NCBI GenBank assembly: GCA_963836235.1
Contig: CAWIIP010000001.1
Location: 352,001-416,000, forward strand
Reading direction: 5' to 3'
Origin: an uncultured Pseudomonadota bacterium
GTDB taxonomy: Bacteria; Oederibacteriota; Muellerivitia; Muellerivitales; Muellerivitaceae
Length of the DNA: 64,000 nucleotides
Position numbers and translations under genes: made by a program. Positions 11,334 through 21,760 of the stretch are shown in pieces. The notes under the pieces are model-generated. The model had not been told where the DNA came from. It saw only the letters and a list, made by a program, of their open reading frames with translations, and searched no databases. Each line of letters begins with the position of its first letter. Positions within the stretch are counted from its first letter, which is position 1.

Positions 11334-11786
11334 TCATTCCGGCGCGAAACTCCTCTTCTTGAGCCAAAACTCTTCGACATATTGCATCGCCGCGAAAAAC
11401 TCATCGACCCGAGTGGGTTTGACGATATAAAAATTGGCTTTGGCCTCATAGGCCCGTCGGATGTCCGCGTCCGACTTCAAAGAGGTTAGGATCAAAACAG
11501 GAATTTCTTTCAAATGAGGATCGCTTTTGATTTGCTCCAAAAGTTCTAAGTCTGTTTCGTGAGGTTTGTTCAAATCCAGGAGGATGAGGTCGGGCGAGGG
11601 GGCGCCGCGGTAAATCCCCTCTTTACGTAAGTATTGAAGGGCGTCTTCTTCATCCGTCACCCGTCTAAAATCAATTGAGATTTTGGATTCTTTAAAGGCT
11701 TTCGCGGTGAGGTTGGCCTCGCCCAAGTCGTCCTCGACAAGAAGAACCCTTACCGGCCTGGTGGATGGTGGAGCTTCGATAACCAT
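11334..11786 (-). CDS. Single-domain response regulator (Rcp-like)
   Basis: LLVEDD, PDLILLDLN, IPVLILTS, YIVKP. Confidence 0.9.
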   Translation of the reverse strand: MVIEAPPSTRPVRVLLVEDDLGEANLTAKAFKESKISIDFRRVTDEEDALQYLRKEGIYRGAPSPDLILLDLNKPHETDLELLEQIKSDPHLKEIPVLILTSLKSDADIRRAYEAKANFYIVKPTRVDEFFAAMQYVEEFWLKKRSFAPE

Positions 11787-12153
11787 AATGCCTCCGATAG
11801 TCGCCTATTGACCAAACGGTTGTGCCGGGTTGGCTTCCTCCGGCGGGTTAACCAATAATGGGTTTACCACGCGAAACGTTTTTTCTGCAGGAATAGGATT
11901 ATGGGATTTTGACGAACATCCCGTGAGGTGAGTGTCGGGCAGAACGAATTAGCTAACTAAAAGCCATAACCGGATGGCTTTCGATTGAAATTTTATTTCT
12001 TTTCCTGTTTCTTGAAAGACAAGAAAAGGTAAAGTTTGGGGAAACCTTTTAACTCCTCGTTGGGTTATGCCCTCGAAAATTGCCCAACCTATCTAGCTTT
12101 TTTTCCTGCCGCGTGGCGTAATGGCGAAATCAAACAAGGTATTAGGAGGCCAC

Positions 12154-12717
12154 ATGAAGAAGCATTTCGGAATGATTCTGGGCGCGTTGCTCGTCTGCCT
12201 GCCGTTTTCGGCCCTTTTGGCGGACGAAATAAAGGCCGACACGGTTTACTTGTTCAAAGTAAAGGATATGGACGGCAACATGGTTCCCTTATCCAAGTAC
12301 AAGGGCAAGGTTTTGCTCATCGTAAATGTGGCCAGCAAATGCGGATTCACCCCGCAATACGCGGGCTTGGAGAAGCTTTATGAGAAATACAAGGACAAGG
12401 GCTTAGTGATCTTGGGCTTTCCCTGCAATCAATTCATGAGTCAGGAGCCCGGCACCGACGCGGAAATCAAGACCTTCTGCTCTACCAAATACAACGTGAC
12501 CTTCCCTCTTTTTGACAAGATCGAGGTCAATGGCGATAACACTATTCCCCTTTACCAGTTCCTGAAGAAGGCCGAGTTGGACAAGGGAAGGCCGGATATT
12601 GGCTGGAACTTCAACAAGTTCCTCATCGACCGTTCGGGCCACCCGGTGAAGCGGTATGTTTCAAAGCAAAAGCCCGAGGAGTTCGACTCCGAAATCCAAT
12701 CTGCCGTTTCAAAGTAA
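12154..12717 (+). CDS. Glutathione peroxidase (Cys type, with signal peptide)
   Basis: NVASKCGFT, LGFPCNQF, WNFNKFLI; GGAGG RBS before ATG 12154. Confidence 0.93.
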   Translation: MKKHFGMILGALLVCLPFSALLADEIKADTVYLFKVKDMDGNMVPLSKYKGKVLLIVNVASKCGFTPQYAGLEKLYEKYKDKGLVILGFPCNQFMSQEPGTDAEIKTFCSTKYNVTFPLFDKIEVNGDNTIPLYQFLKKAELDKGRPDIGWNFNKFLIDRSGHPVKRYVSKQKPEEFDSEIQSAVSK

Positions 12718-12733
12718 TTTAAAGTCCTTAAAC

Positions 12734-12770
12734 AAAAAAAGGCCGGGACCAAATGGTCCAGGCCTTTTTC
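12734..12770. terminator. Bidirectional intrinsic terminator
   Basis: AAAAAAAGGCC-GGGACC-AAAT-GGTCC-AGGCCTTTTT between convergent genes. Confidence 0.75.
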
Positions 12771-12783
12771 TTTATGAAACTTC

Positions 12784-13080
12784 TTAGACTTTCATGGCTT
12801 TTTCTAATCCCATCTTCACGTCCTGGGCATTCATCACGGGAGCGAAGGTTACTTCCGCGTCCAGTTCCATGAAAAGTGGTTCGGCAATCATCGGAATGTC
12901 GCTGACTTCCTTCAAGTCGAAGAAAATAAAACCAGTCCGCATTCCGTCCTCTGTCGCGAAATAGGCCGCTTCAGGCTTTACGGTCTCCATTAACTTCATC
13001 AAGACTTTGTCCATTTGGCCGCTCTTAATGACCTTGTTCGAAACTTCGGTATCCATCGCAAACTTGAGCATCATTCGCAT
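12784..13080 (-). CDS. Small conserved hypothetical protein (DUF3303/GYD-like)
   Basis: 98 aa, KPEAAYF...GMRTGFIFFDL...IAEPLF; GGAG RBS. Confidence 0.7.
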   Translation of the reverse strand: MRMMLKFAMDTEVSNKVIKSGQMDKVLMKLMETVKPEAAYFATEDGMRTGFIFFDLKEVSDIPMIAEPLFMELDAEVTFAPVMNAQDVKMGLEKAMKV

Positions 13081-13230
13081 ATATGACTCCTTTCAAAATG
13101 TGAAACTGGTGGGAGTATATCCATCGCGCGGTTAGTAATAGCTAAAGACGTGTAAAATTTGGATTAATTTCAGTTTTCTATTGGGCGGGGTCTACTTTTT
13201 GGTAGCTACGAATAGTGCCGCGGTAATTTC

Positions 13231-13581
13231 TCAAACTTCCGGCACGGGTGGGCGTGAATGCTTGGGTTGGTAAACACCAATTTTGCCCCCGCCCGGCAGT
13301 GTAACCATCGTAATCGAACCCCATCTTTCCTCGTGGATAGGAGAACAGACGGTTCCTTTCGCTTCAACGGTTTTGATGAAGGCTTTCACGTCATCGCACA
13401 TCAGGTAGAACTCATGGACGTTGTTCTTACCCGGATGGAAAGCGGCTTCGGACGGCGGCAAACCGAAAATCAGCCATCCGCCACTGACGTCAACATGGGG
13501 AAAGTTCAGTACATCTTTGAAAAACTTGCGATCTTCCTCGGGTTTTTCCGAATAAACAATGACATGTGCCCCGTTGATCAT
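13231..13581 (-). CDS. VOC/glyoxalase family protein
   Basis: MINGAHVIVYS, FFKDVL, WGSITMVTLPGG. Confidence 0.85.
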   Translation of the reverse strand: MINGAHVIVYSEKPEEDRKFFKDVLNFPHVDVSGGWLIFGLPPSEAAFHPGKNNVHEFYLMCDDVKAFIKTVEAKGTVCSPIHEERWGSITMVTLPGGGKIGVYQPKHSRPPVPEV

Positions 13582-13604
13582 GGCTTCCCTCTTCTCGAAT
13601 AATC

Positions 13605-14246
13605 CTATTTTTTCAAGACAACATGCGTTGCCTGCTCGGCAGAAACGCGCTCAACGCACTTAAAACCCATGGCGTGCAAGTCGAGGCCGGAAAAAAGATT
13701 TTCGCCCTTACCCATAAGGACGGGCATCAAGGCCAGGTGCATTTCATCGATCAAGCCAGCCTGTAAATACTGCCGGAGAGTCGAAACTCCCCCGCCTATC
13801 CTGACATCCTTATTTCCCGCGGCTTCCTTAGCCTGCCGGAGGGCCGATTGAATGCCGTCCGTCACGAAGATAAATCGGGTCCCGCCTTCCATTTCAAGGG
13901 GTGGACGGACGTGGTGGGTCAATACGAATGTGGGAACATGATAGGGCGGATTGGTTCCCCACCATCCTTTCCAGGATTCGTCGGGCCAAGGACCGCGGAT
14001 GGGGCCAAACATGTTGCGGCCCATGATCCAAGCCCCTATATTCTGGAAAGATCTTTCGGCGAACTGGTTGTCCGCGCCGGTGGTACCGCCGCCCTCCCCG
14101 TGCATGTCGTTGAAGACCTTCGTGGGAAAAAACCAACTGAACAACTCCGGGCCCCGGACTCCCAAGGGGTTTTCCAGGCTTTGATCCGGGCCCGCGGCAA
14201 AACCGTCCACGGAAACACCAATCGCGGCAACCTTTACTTTACCCAT
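13605..14246 (-). CDS. Dihydrofolate reductase/RibD C-terminal family protein
   Basis: SVDGFAAGP, IMGRNMF, GWWG, VRIGGG, GLIDEMHL. Confidence 0.9.
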   Translation of the reverse strand: MGKVKVAAIGVSVDGFAAGPDQSLENPLGVRGPELFSWFFPTKVFNDMHGEGGGTTGADNQFAERSFQNIGAWIMGRNMFGPIRGPWPDESWKGWWGTNPPYHVPTFVLTHHVRPPLEMEGGTRFIFVTDGIQSALRQAKEAAGNKDVRIGGGVSTLRQYLQAGLIDEMHLALMPVLMGKGENLFSGLDLHAMGFKCVERVSAEQATHVVLKK

Positions 14247-14300
14247 TGAAGATTTCCCCCTTTCCTATCTCGCGGCTCCAGCCATCCTATTCAATCCGGG

Positions 14301-15182
14301 TTATTTTTTATGAGTCTCAAATATCTTCGAGGCTAATTTTCCGAATTGATGGCGCAGGTGATGATCTTCCCTCTCCTCAGCGATCTTTTGCAATATCTTC
14401 GAATAAAAGCCGATCATATGATCCGCAATCGCGTTCTTCCAACGCAAGAGGATGAAGCTTTTAATTTGAAGCCAGAATCTCAACCAAACCGCCGCGCTTC
14501 CGGGGATCAGCTCGAATTTATCGGTGATATAGCGCAAGTCGCCGATCTGGGCATATCCCCCGAACACGGAGGGTGGCGGCAGGGATGGAACGATGTCATC
14601 GGCATGGACCACCCGGTAAACGGGGATCTTGTAAAACTTAATAATGGTTTTTAGGTCGCAAATGCGAGGCGCGCCAAAGGTAAAGCAGGCCGCCACCCGG
14701 TCGGTTTCCGTCAGGTTCATGGCCGCAACAGTCGCCAGGGCGCCTCCAAGGCTATGGCCGGTGATGTAAATAGGCAGGCCCTTAACCGACCCCATGGCCC
14801 GGTTGATGGGTTTTTCCATATCCTTGAAGGCCTCATAGAACCCTTGGTGAAATACCCCGTTCTTGGTGTGGTAATACTTAAAATCCAAATCAACCTGAAC
14901 CGTCGGCCATTCGGAAGGCACTGTTCCCTTAAAAGCTAATACGGCCAGTTTGTGCTTAGTGGAAAGAGCTAAGTAGGCGTTCATGTGCTTGGGTTTGTAA
15001 ACGAAAGTCTTGAGGAGGGTGAAATCCCCCTCGGCCAAGTCCTTCCTCAACAAGACCGGGTCTTCCACATAGGCCAATTCGGAGCATTGGGACATGATCC
15101 AGGAAGTGCGGTCCGAATAGGCCGCCCGTTTGATGGGAGGATTTAGGAGTTGTTGGTTGGTGAAATAGCGAGTCACGGCCAA
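14301..15182 (-). CDS. Class 3 lipase family protein
   Basis: AFKGT, HQGF, ITGHSLGGALA nucleophile elbow, TFGAPR, DIVP. Confidence 0.9.
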   Translation of the reverse strand: MAVTRYFTNQQLLNPPIKRAAYSDRTSWIMSQCSELAYVEDPVLLRKDLAEGDFTLLKTFVYKPKHMNAYLALSTKHKLAVLAFKGTVPSEWPTVQVDLDFKYYHTKNGVFHQGFYEAFKDMEKPINRAMGSVKGLPIYITGHSLGGALATVAAMNLTETDRVAACFTFGAPRICDLKTIIKFYKIPVYRVVHADDIVPSLPPPSVFGGYAQIGDLRYITDKFELIPGSAAVWLRFWLQIKSFILLRWKNAIADHMIGFYSKILQKIAEEREDHHLRHQFGKLASKIFETHKK

Positions 15183-15314
15183 ATAATAGCCAATAATGAG
15201 AAAAATTCAAACCGTGGTTTAATTAACTTGAAAGGTGAATTCGGAGACTAATGCGTCTAAAGAATATGATCCAAAACTCAGGTAAAATGCCTCAAAAGAG
15301 AAAACGGGTTCGCC

Positions 15315-15974
15315 TTGAATAAAAAACAATCTCTCATCTTCTTATCCACATCGATATTATTTAGCGGGTTATTATTCTCTCTAATGCTGTTGATGCCAAA
15401 TCAAAAAAAAGAAAAGAAAACCTCGATTGAAGTTTTTATAGCTGCCAAAGACATTCCATCGGGGATTTTCATCAAACCTGAAATGATGATTAAAACCAGC
15501 CTACCGACTTCTCTAGCGACGCCGAATGACATAAAGGACTTTCAAGAAGTTGAGGATTTAACCACCATTGTTCCGATCCCGAAAGGAGCCCCGATTGTTT
15601 ATACCCAATTCGCTCCCACTGAGAAAGTCCAGTCCGCCAATTTGTGTCACAACCCGGGAAACTATACTCTGGCGGTGGATGAAGTAACCCAAACTGGCAA
15701 GCTTTATAAATCCGGAACTAAGTTTTATTTTCCAGGTAATGTTCGGGAGGATAAAGGCGAAATCCCTGACCTTGTTTTTCAAAACATGAAGTTGGTTTAT
15801 AAATCAGGACAAGCCTTAAAACCCATTAGCCACCCTGAAAACACAACCCGTATGTTTACGGTGACTCCTACCCAAGTAGAAACTTTAAGGGAGGCTTCAG
15901 GAAAGCCTTTGCAACTGGTTTTGAAAGGTGTAAACAGTGACGAAGTTTCGAGCATAACCTTTCAAAATAAATAA
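15315..15974 (+). CDS. SAF-domain, CpaB/RcpC-like protein
   Basis: N-terminal TM; VFIAAKDIPSG...IPKGAPI SAF motif; degenerate RcpC-like C-terminus; AT-rich. Confidence 0.7.
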   Translation: MNKKQSLIFLSTSILFSGLLFSLMLLMPNQKKEKKTSIEVFIAAKDIPSGIFIKPEMMIKTSLPTSLATPNDIKDFQEVEDLTTIVPIPKGAPIVYTQFAPTEKVQSANLCHNPGNYTLAVDEVTQTGKLYKSGTKFYFPGNVREDKGEIPDLVFQNMKLVYKSGQALKPISHPENTTRMFTVTPTQVETLREASGKPLQLVLKGVNSDEVSSITFQNK

Positions 15975-16001
15975 CGATCCCATTTAATCGCTTCAATTTC
16001 A

Positions 16002-16481
16002 TTAATTCAGTAGACTTTCCTTGCTGCTGAATCCCGCTCCCGGCCCCATTTCACCGAGGGCCGAGCGCACAAGCCCCTCCAGCGTTATTTTTTTGGAGAG
16101 GCCGGCGAAGTGACTCCCTGGGTTGGTCCAAACCGTATCCTCATCCGTAGAGGCAGGGTTTCCGTCAAAAAATATCTCAGTTTTGATTGTGGGATAAAGG
16201 CATTTCACCGCCAAATAAAGCGCCGTGCGAAACAGCAAATCAGCCTTACGTGAGTTGGTGCTTTTGTGAGCGTTGATTTCGTTTATGTCGATCTTAAAAT
16301 CCGGGGTCAGGTCGGCATAGACTTTATAAGCCGTCATTTTAATGGCGACCGTAGGGTCATCTGTTTCAAAACGGCGTTGGACTTCATCGATGTTATAAAT
16401 TTTGAAGCGTTCCAGCATCCGTTCCAGTTCTTCCCCCTCCAAGACCGTTTTAACTCCATGGTAGGTTTTTTCAACTCTCAT
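16002..16481 (-). CDS. Hypothetical protein
   Basis: Open frame of about 159 aa from ATG 16481; no recognisable motif. Confidence 0.5.
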   Translation of the reverse strand: MRVEKTYHGVKTVLEGEELERMLERFKIYNIDEVQRRFETDDPTVAIKMTAYKVYADLTPDFKIDINEINAHKSTNSRKADLLFRTALYLAVKCLYPTIKTEIFFDGNPASTDEDTVWTNPGSHFAGLSKKITLEGLVRSALGEMGPGAGFSSKESLLN

Positions 16482-16730
16482 CGGTTTCGCTCCGTTCGAA
16501 TAAAATGACTGCCTGCCGCTATTTTCCACAATAGGCCACCAACTGGTCTATCCACAAAGCATATCTGGCTTCGCTTTCTGCTTCCCCCAAAAATATTTTC
16601 TCCCCATCGACCCAAAAACCCTTGTGGTTATTTGACTTTTAGACCGGTCAAAATTACTGCACTAGACAAAAAATATTTTAAGGGTTTAGCCTGTTTTCCG
16701 TTGGTTAAAACTTGCTCTGAGGAGGCTGTC

Positions 16731-18986
16731 ATGGATGGCGGACAAACGCCCACGCTGGAAACCCAAGTTGGAGCCCTCGATGACCTTTTAGCCGCCTTGC
16801 CGGAAATGTTCCCCGGCTTCCAGGAAATCCCCCTCCCCAATATCCGCCCCAACCCGGAGAACCCCGGGCCGCCGATTACGGAGCAACAGATAGAGGAACT
16901 GGCCGATAACCTGAAGGAAAGGGGCTTGGTGAACCCCATCCGGGTACAACCTGACCACCAGGCTCCCCTAGCCGGGGGTGCCCAGCCCCACCCGCAGAAC
17001 CCCCGCCTGAAGGCCGATGGCAAACCTTGGGATCTGGCGGATTTCAATTTCATCGTCCTTACCGGGGAAAACCGCTACCGGTCTGCCGGGCGGCTTCAAT
17101 GGCCGACCATCAAGGGCACTATCCTTAACCCGACGCCCTTGGAAGCTGTCGAAATCACCCATTTGGACAATGCCACGCGCAATAGGGGCTGGTGGGCGGA
17201 CTACCAAAGTATCGAGCGGGCCATCAAAGCCGCCCCATACCTGACCCAGAACCAGATTGCGACCCGGTTAAAGCTAAGGTTGGAATCGGTCAACTGGGCG
17301 TTAGGGCTTTTACCCCTCCTAAACGCCGAGGCGAGGGCGTTAATTATTCCGATTCGGAATAATTCAAATAAGGCAAATAAGGGTATTTCGGAGAGTGCGG
17401 CCTCCTGGCTGGCCGATCTAGGGCCGGGAACCGGTCTGAAGCGGGGTGTACGCAAGAAAGACCCTCTTGCCGGTTCCCCTTCGGAACCGGCACAAGCAAA
17501 TCAAGGGCCTCGGCTTGTGGCCTCGGCCCAGCTGGACGGCTCGAACACCCCGAAACTATGGCCCTACCCTCCCATCCCTCCGGAAACCCAGGACCTGGTT
17601 CGCCGGGCTCTGGTGGTGGCCATAGACCACCAAATGATAGAAGCCCAGGTGAAGAGGCTGGTGGAGGCGGTCAAGGGGGGTCAAAGGCCGGAGGATTACG
17701 ACCCGGCAAAGGCCAAGGAAGGGTTGAACCCTTCGACTGGCTCAGGGTGGGCCACTTCGACAAGCTCAAAGCGGCCTACTTCGCCTCAACCAAGCCCAAC
17801 GCCTGCCGGCGGAAACAACTCCCCAACCCACACTGGCTTTTGGAAGTTCCTTTTCGACTATGCCAAGCAATCCTTGGTGAAGAACCTGGACCATACCATC
17901 AAACACGCTTTCAAGCGGATCGTGGCGCAGGCGGTTGTTTCGGGGGTTCTCTTTTTAATCCTGGGGTTGGTGGTGTTCCTCTTCTTTCCTAGATCGCAGG
18001 GCCGGAGGATGGCTTGGCTACCGCAGATGGAGCCGGCACCCATTGGCCTTCAGCCAAGGGCAGTAAACACCACGAGGATACAAACGGCGGTTGAACCACC
18101 AAGGGCACCAAGTTCACCAAGTACGGCGCAAACCACTTCCGGGGTTGGAAACAACACCTTGAACCAAACGGCATCTCCAAATCCAACAACAGTTGTTGGA
18201 ACACTAAGTTCACCAAGTGTAGCGCAAACCAATTCGCCCACTTTGACAACGGCAAACGCGAATATGGTTTTATCGGGAACTGGGTCTGCCATAGGGCAAA
18301 CGCCGGAACCCGCCGCGGCGCAAACGGCGCCGACCCCCAAGCCCACGGCTTTGGAGAAGATGGCTTCCGCGCACCACCCTAAAAGCAAAAAATCAAAAAA
18401 GAAAATAAAGACCGCTTCAAACCAGTTGACCCGAATGGAAAAGAACGCCCGCAAGGCGCTGGAGTTCGCCCGGCACTATTACGGATACGACTACAAGAAC
18501 ATGGGCCCCTGGTTTGATTTTATGAAAAATTCAATAAAGGACGGTATGTACGACTATTTCATGAGCAAGCATTATCCCCCGGACCAGCTCAAACACATTA
18601 CGGAAAGGAAATTCCTCATGTCCTTCCAACCCACCCAGCCCGTCAAGTTTTTGGAGCCGGATAACGTCGCCGATTATTTTCTCGTGGAGGGCACCATGAC
18701 CAAGCGCACGGATATTCACAAACCGAACGAGTTAATCACCCAAAAACCCGTAGCGGTTGAAATCGGTTTTGTCCGTGAAACGGACGAAGAGGAAAAAGTT
18801 TTCTATTTGGAGGAATTGTCGCGGGACAAGGCCAAGAGGCTTTTGGCGGATTCGACGGGGCCTGCCCTGAGTTTATCGCAGGGCTCACCGCAGGCGGGTG
18901 CTTCGGCTTCGCCCCAAGAGGACAAAACGGCCAAAGCCGTCGGGGATGTCCTTGGCGAAGCGGCTAAAAAAACTTTGGGGTTTTAA
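16731..18986 (+). CDS. ParB N-terminal/HTH protein fused to a TM helix, a Pro/Thr linker and a C-terminal extracytoplasmic domain
   Basis: IRPNPENP, IEELADNLKERGLVNPIRV, GENRYRSA (ParB Arg patch), HTH LTQNQIATRL, TM VVSGVLFLILGLVVFLFF; GAGGAGG RBS before ATG 16731. Confidence 0.8.
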   Translation: MDGGQTPTLETQVGALDDLLAALPEMFPGFQEIPLPNIRPNPENPGPPITEQQIEELADNLKERGLVNPIRVQPDHQAPLAGGAQPHPQNPRLKADGKPWDLADFNFIVLTGENRYRSAGRLQWPTIKGTILNPTPLEAVEITHLDNATRNRGWWADYQSIERAIKAAPYLTQNQIATRLKLRLESVNWALGLLPLLNAEARALIIPIRNNSNKANKGISESAASWLADLGPGTGLKRGVRKKDPLAGSPSEPAQANQGPRLVASAQLDGSNTPKLWPYPPIPPETQDLVRRALVVAIDHQMIEAQVKRLVEAVKGGQRPEDYDPAKAKEGLNPSTGSGWATSTSSKRPTSPQPSPTPAGGNNSPTHTGFWKFLFDYAKQSLVKNLDHTIKHAFKRIVAQAVVSGVLFLILGLVVFLFFPRSQGRRMAWLPQMEPAPIGLQPRAVNTTRIQTAVEPPRAPSSPSTAQTTSGVGNNTLNQTASPNPTTVVGTLSSPSVAQTNSPTLTTANANMVLSGTGSAIGQTPEPAAAQTAPTPKPTALEKMASAHHPKSKKSKKKIKTASNQLTRMEKNARKALEFARHYYGYDYKNMGPWFDFMKNSIKDGMYDYFMSKHYPPDQLKHITERKFLMSFQPTQPVKFLEPDNVADYFLVEGTMTKRTDIHKPNELITQKPVAVEIGFVRETDEEEKVFYLEELSRDKAKRLLADSTGPALSLSQGSPQAGASASPQEDKTAKAVGDVLGEAAKKTLGF

Positions 18987-18992
18987 CTATTA

Positions 18993-19024
18993 GTTGTCCA
19001 CGACGGGTCCCCGCAAGGAACAAC
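18993..19024 (+). repeat. 32-bp palindromic site, copy 1
   Basis: GTTGTCCACGACGGG-TC-CCCGCAAGGAACAAC. Confidence 0.85.
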
Positions 19025-20056
19025 CCATAGGTGCTATTTTAGCAAAATGTCGAAAAATTATTGTCCCCTCGTAACAAAGAGTCTGGCTGGACTTCCTCCG
19101 AAAAAATAGGCATCTGAAAGGCGAGGCGAACCTAAAGTGTTGAATGTTGGCTCTTTGTTTCAGTACCTTCAAAGCTCGCTAGCCGCGTTGTGATCTTCTC
19201 ATTCCTTCACAGCATGAGTTTTTATTCCGCGTCCTAAAACACCTGCTAATTTCTTTTCATCATCGTTCAGCCGATGGAATAGATCGACCGCCCTTTTATC
19301 ATATCCCGCCCGAACATAGATCTTCCGAATTCCATTGATCGATATCTCTTTCAAACGATCATCCTCGCTGAATAAATTTTTTCGAAGAATATCAAAACAC
19401 CAGTCGAAAACCATGGCGTTATCAGAAATAATTGACATCGCCTTTTCCCGAACGGATTTTCTCGAATCTTTTAACGATCTTGTCACGATTTGTTTTTCCG
19501 AAGAATCTTTCAGATCACCTATTAAATTCATAATGCTCAAAACCGACTCCTGATCGTCGATTCGCGTGTCGAACGCCTTTAATAAAACATTACCTTTGTG
19601 ATCGATCTCCATGTTTTTGAGACACGTCAAATCGTCCTCAAAATCCTTAATCCCAACATAAGGTAAAAGGTATTTTCCCAATTCAACACTCTGACTTTCG
19701 CAAATTTGGTGCATGGCCTCTTTCTTAACCAAATTGACCTCTTTGGAATTTTCAGAACTCAACAAAATATTTTGAAGAGCTTGCATTCTAGGAACCGACT
19801 TACTATTTCGAAGTTCTACCAAAGCTTGCAAATTGTAGAATTTGATAGATGCCATCCATGACAACAATGCGTCCGATGTGCTGTCGTTGATAGATGCCAA
19901 ATATTTCGCAAGCTCATCCAAGTTCGTTTTAGGATCCGCTTTCGTCAAATAAGGAAGGACCCAATCCGTGCCGATCGTCGTTCCTAATTTCCGAACGATG
20001 TCAAAGACAGTCTTTTGGTTTTGTCTCTCAATAACGGCGTCAACTAACCATTTAAG

Positions 20057-21760
20057 CCCGGATTTCCCAGATGGAATTTCCTTTCGAGTATAATAAGACA
20101 ACGTTTGGCCATATAAACAAAGGTTTTTCTTCGTGTTGGGGAACATGAGAGGGGGAAATGCAATGGGTGAAGGCGGAAAAGACGCTCTTCGGGTGGTTTT
20201 TGACCCTGGCCTCAAGTTGGAGTTCCATGGTGCGAAGGTCACTTCCGATGGCGGGTTGATTCCCTATCGCGAACTCGACGAAGCTTTTGGTTTGACTGAC
20301 AGAACAGAAAACATCCTTTGGGATCGGCGGACCGGTAAGAATACGCAACACACGATTACGGCGCTTCTTCGCCAGTCGGTATTCAGCCGCTTGGCCGGTT
20401 ATGAGGATACCAACGACGCAGAACGCCTGAGTGTCGATCCTGCGATGCGGCATGTGATCGGAGGACGGGCCAGGGAAAAACAGGCCGCCTCCACCAGCCA
20501 GATGGGTCGTTTCGAGACGGAGGTCCTCACCCAGTCGAAGAATTTGACCGGCTTAATTGACTTATCGGGCCAATGGATCGATGGAGTCCATGAGAAAAAG
20601 CCCATACAACAGATCATCCTCGACATGGATAGCTCAGTGAGCGAGACCTACGGGGATCAGGAAGGTTCCTTGTACAACGGTTACTTTGGCTGTACCTGTT
20701 ACCATCCCCTGTTTTGCTTCAACCAGTTCGGCGATTTGGAACGGGCTATGTTGCGCAACGGCAATGTGGCCAGTGCCCACGAATGGCGTTCGGTTCTTGA
20801 ACCGGTAGTTGCCCGCTACCGGGGTCTTTCCATCAGCCGGTTTTTCCGGGGTGACGCGGCTTTCGCCCGTCAGGAACTATACGAATACCTAGAAGACGAA
20901 GGATATCTTTACGCGATCCGCCAACCTGCCAATGCCATACTCCAACGGGAAATCGAGCCATTTTTAACCCGTCCCGTGGGCCGCCCCTCCCACAAGCCGG
21001 TTGTCCGGTTTCACAGCTTCCAATACCAAGCCGTCAGCTGGGACAAACCCCGCCGCGTGGTGGCGAAGATCGAACATCACAACGGGGAATTGTTCCCAAA
21101 GGTGGGTTTCATCGTAACGAACATGCGACGACCGGCACCCCAGGTGGTGAAATTCTACAACGGAAGAGGCACGGCTGAGCAGTGGATCAAAGAGGGAAAG
21201 TATGCGATGAAGTGGACAAGACTAAGCTGCCACGACTTCGCGGACAACCAAGTGCGCTTACAACTATTCGCCCTGGCCTACAATCTGGGCAACTTCCTGC
21301 GCCGACTGGCACTGCCAGAACTGGTGAAACATTGGTCGCTAACGACCTTGAGGGAAAAACTCATCAAGATCGGGGCTAATGTCATCCGTCATTCGCGGTA
21401 CGTTATTTTCCAGATGGCGGAGGTGATGGTTTCCCGACGCCTGTTTGCTGAAATCCTCAATCGGATACGGCTACTGGCAATGGTAAGGCCGCGAGCGCCA
21501 GTACTGCGATAACCGCAGGAAGGCATCAAGGCTTCAACCCGAGCGACTACCGCAGGATAGGTGTGCGCTCACAACGAGAATTGGCTTTCCAGAAGGTCAA
21601 TTTCAGCTTTTTTGGGCACAGAAACCTTTTCCTGGGGCTTATTTCAGTGGCCCAGGACGGAAAATTCCGGATTCGGATGGAAGAAGCGGGGGGGGGGCGA
21701 TATAATGAGAAACAAATTACCCGGCAATGTTTTCAGAGAAGGTCATCTGGGAAATTCCGG
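20057..21760 (+). mobile_element. IS1380-family insertion sequence (1704 bp)
   Basis: IRs CCCGGATTTCCCAGATG / CATCTGGGAAATTCCGG; 5-bp TSD TTAAG at 20052-20056 and 21761-21765. Confidence 0.93.
20163..21512 (+). CDS. IS1380-family DDE transposase
   Basis: TSDGG, GYEDTNDAERLSVDP, LDMDSS, RGDAAF, FYNGRGTAEQWIKEGK. Confidence 0.95.
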   Translation: MGEGGKDALRVVFDPGLKLEFHGAKVTSDGGLIPYRELDEAFGLTDRTENILWDRRTGKNTQHTITALLRQSVFSRLAGYEDTNDAERLSVDPAMRHVIGGRAREKQAASTSQMGRFETEVLTQSKNLTGLIDLSGQWIDGVHEKKPIQQIILDMDSSVSETYGDQEGSLYNGYFGCTCYHPLFCFNQFGDLERAMLRNGNVASAHEWRSVLEPVVARYRGLSISRFFRGDAAFARQELYEYLEDEGYLYAIRQPANAILQREIEPFLTRPVGRPSHKPVVRFHSFQYQAVSWDKPRRVVAKIEHHNGELFPKVGFIVTNMRRPAPQVVKFYNGRGTAEQWIKEGKYAMKWTRLSCHDFADNQVRLQLFALAYNLGNFLRRLALPELVKHWSLTTLREKLIKIGANVIRHSRYVIFQMAEVMVSRRLFAEILNRIRLLAMVRPRAPVLR

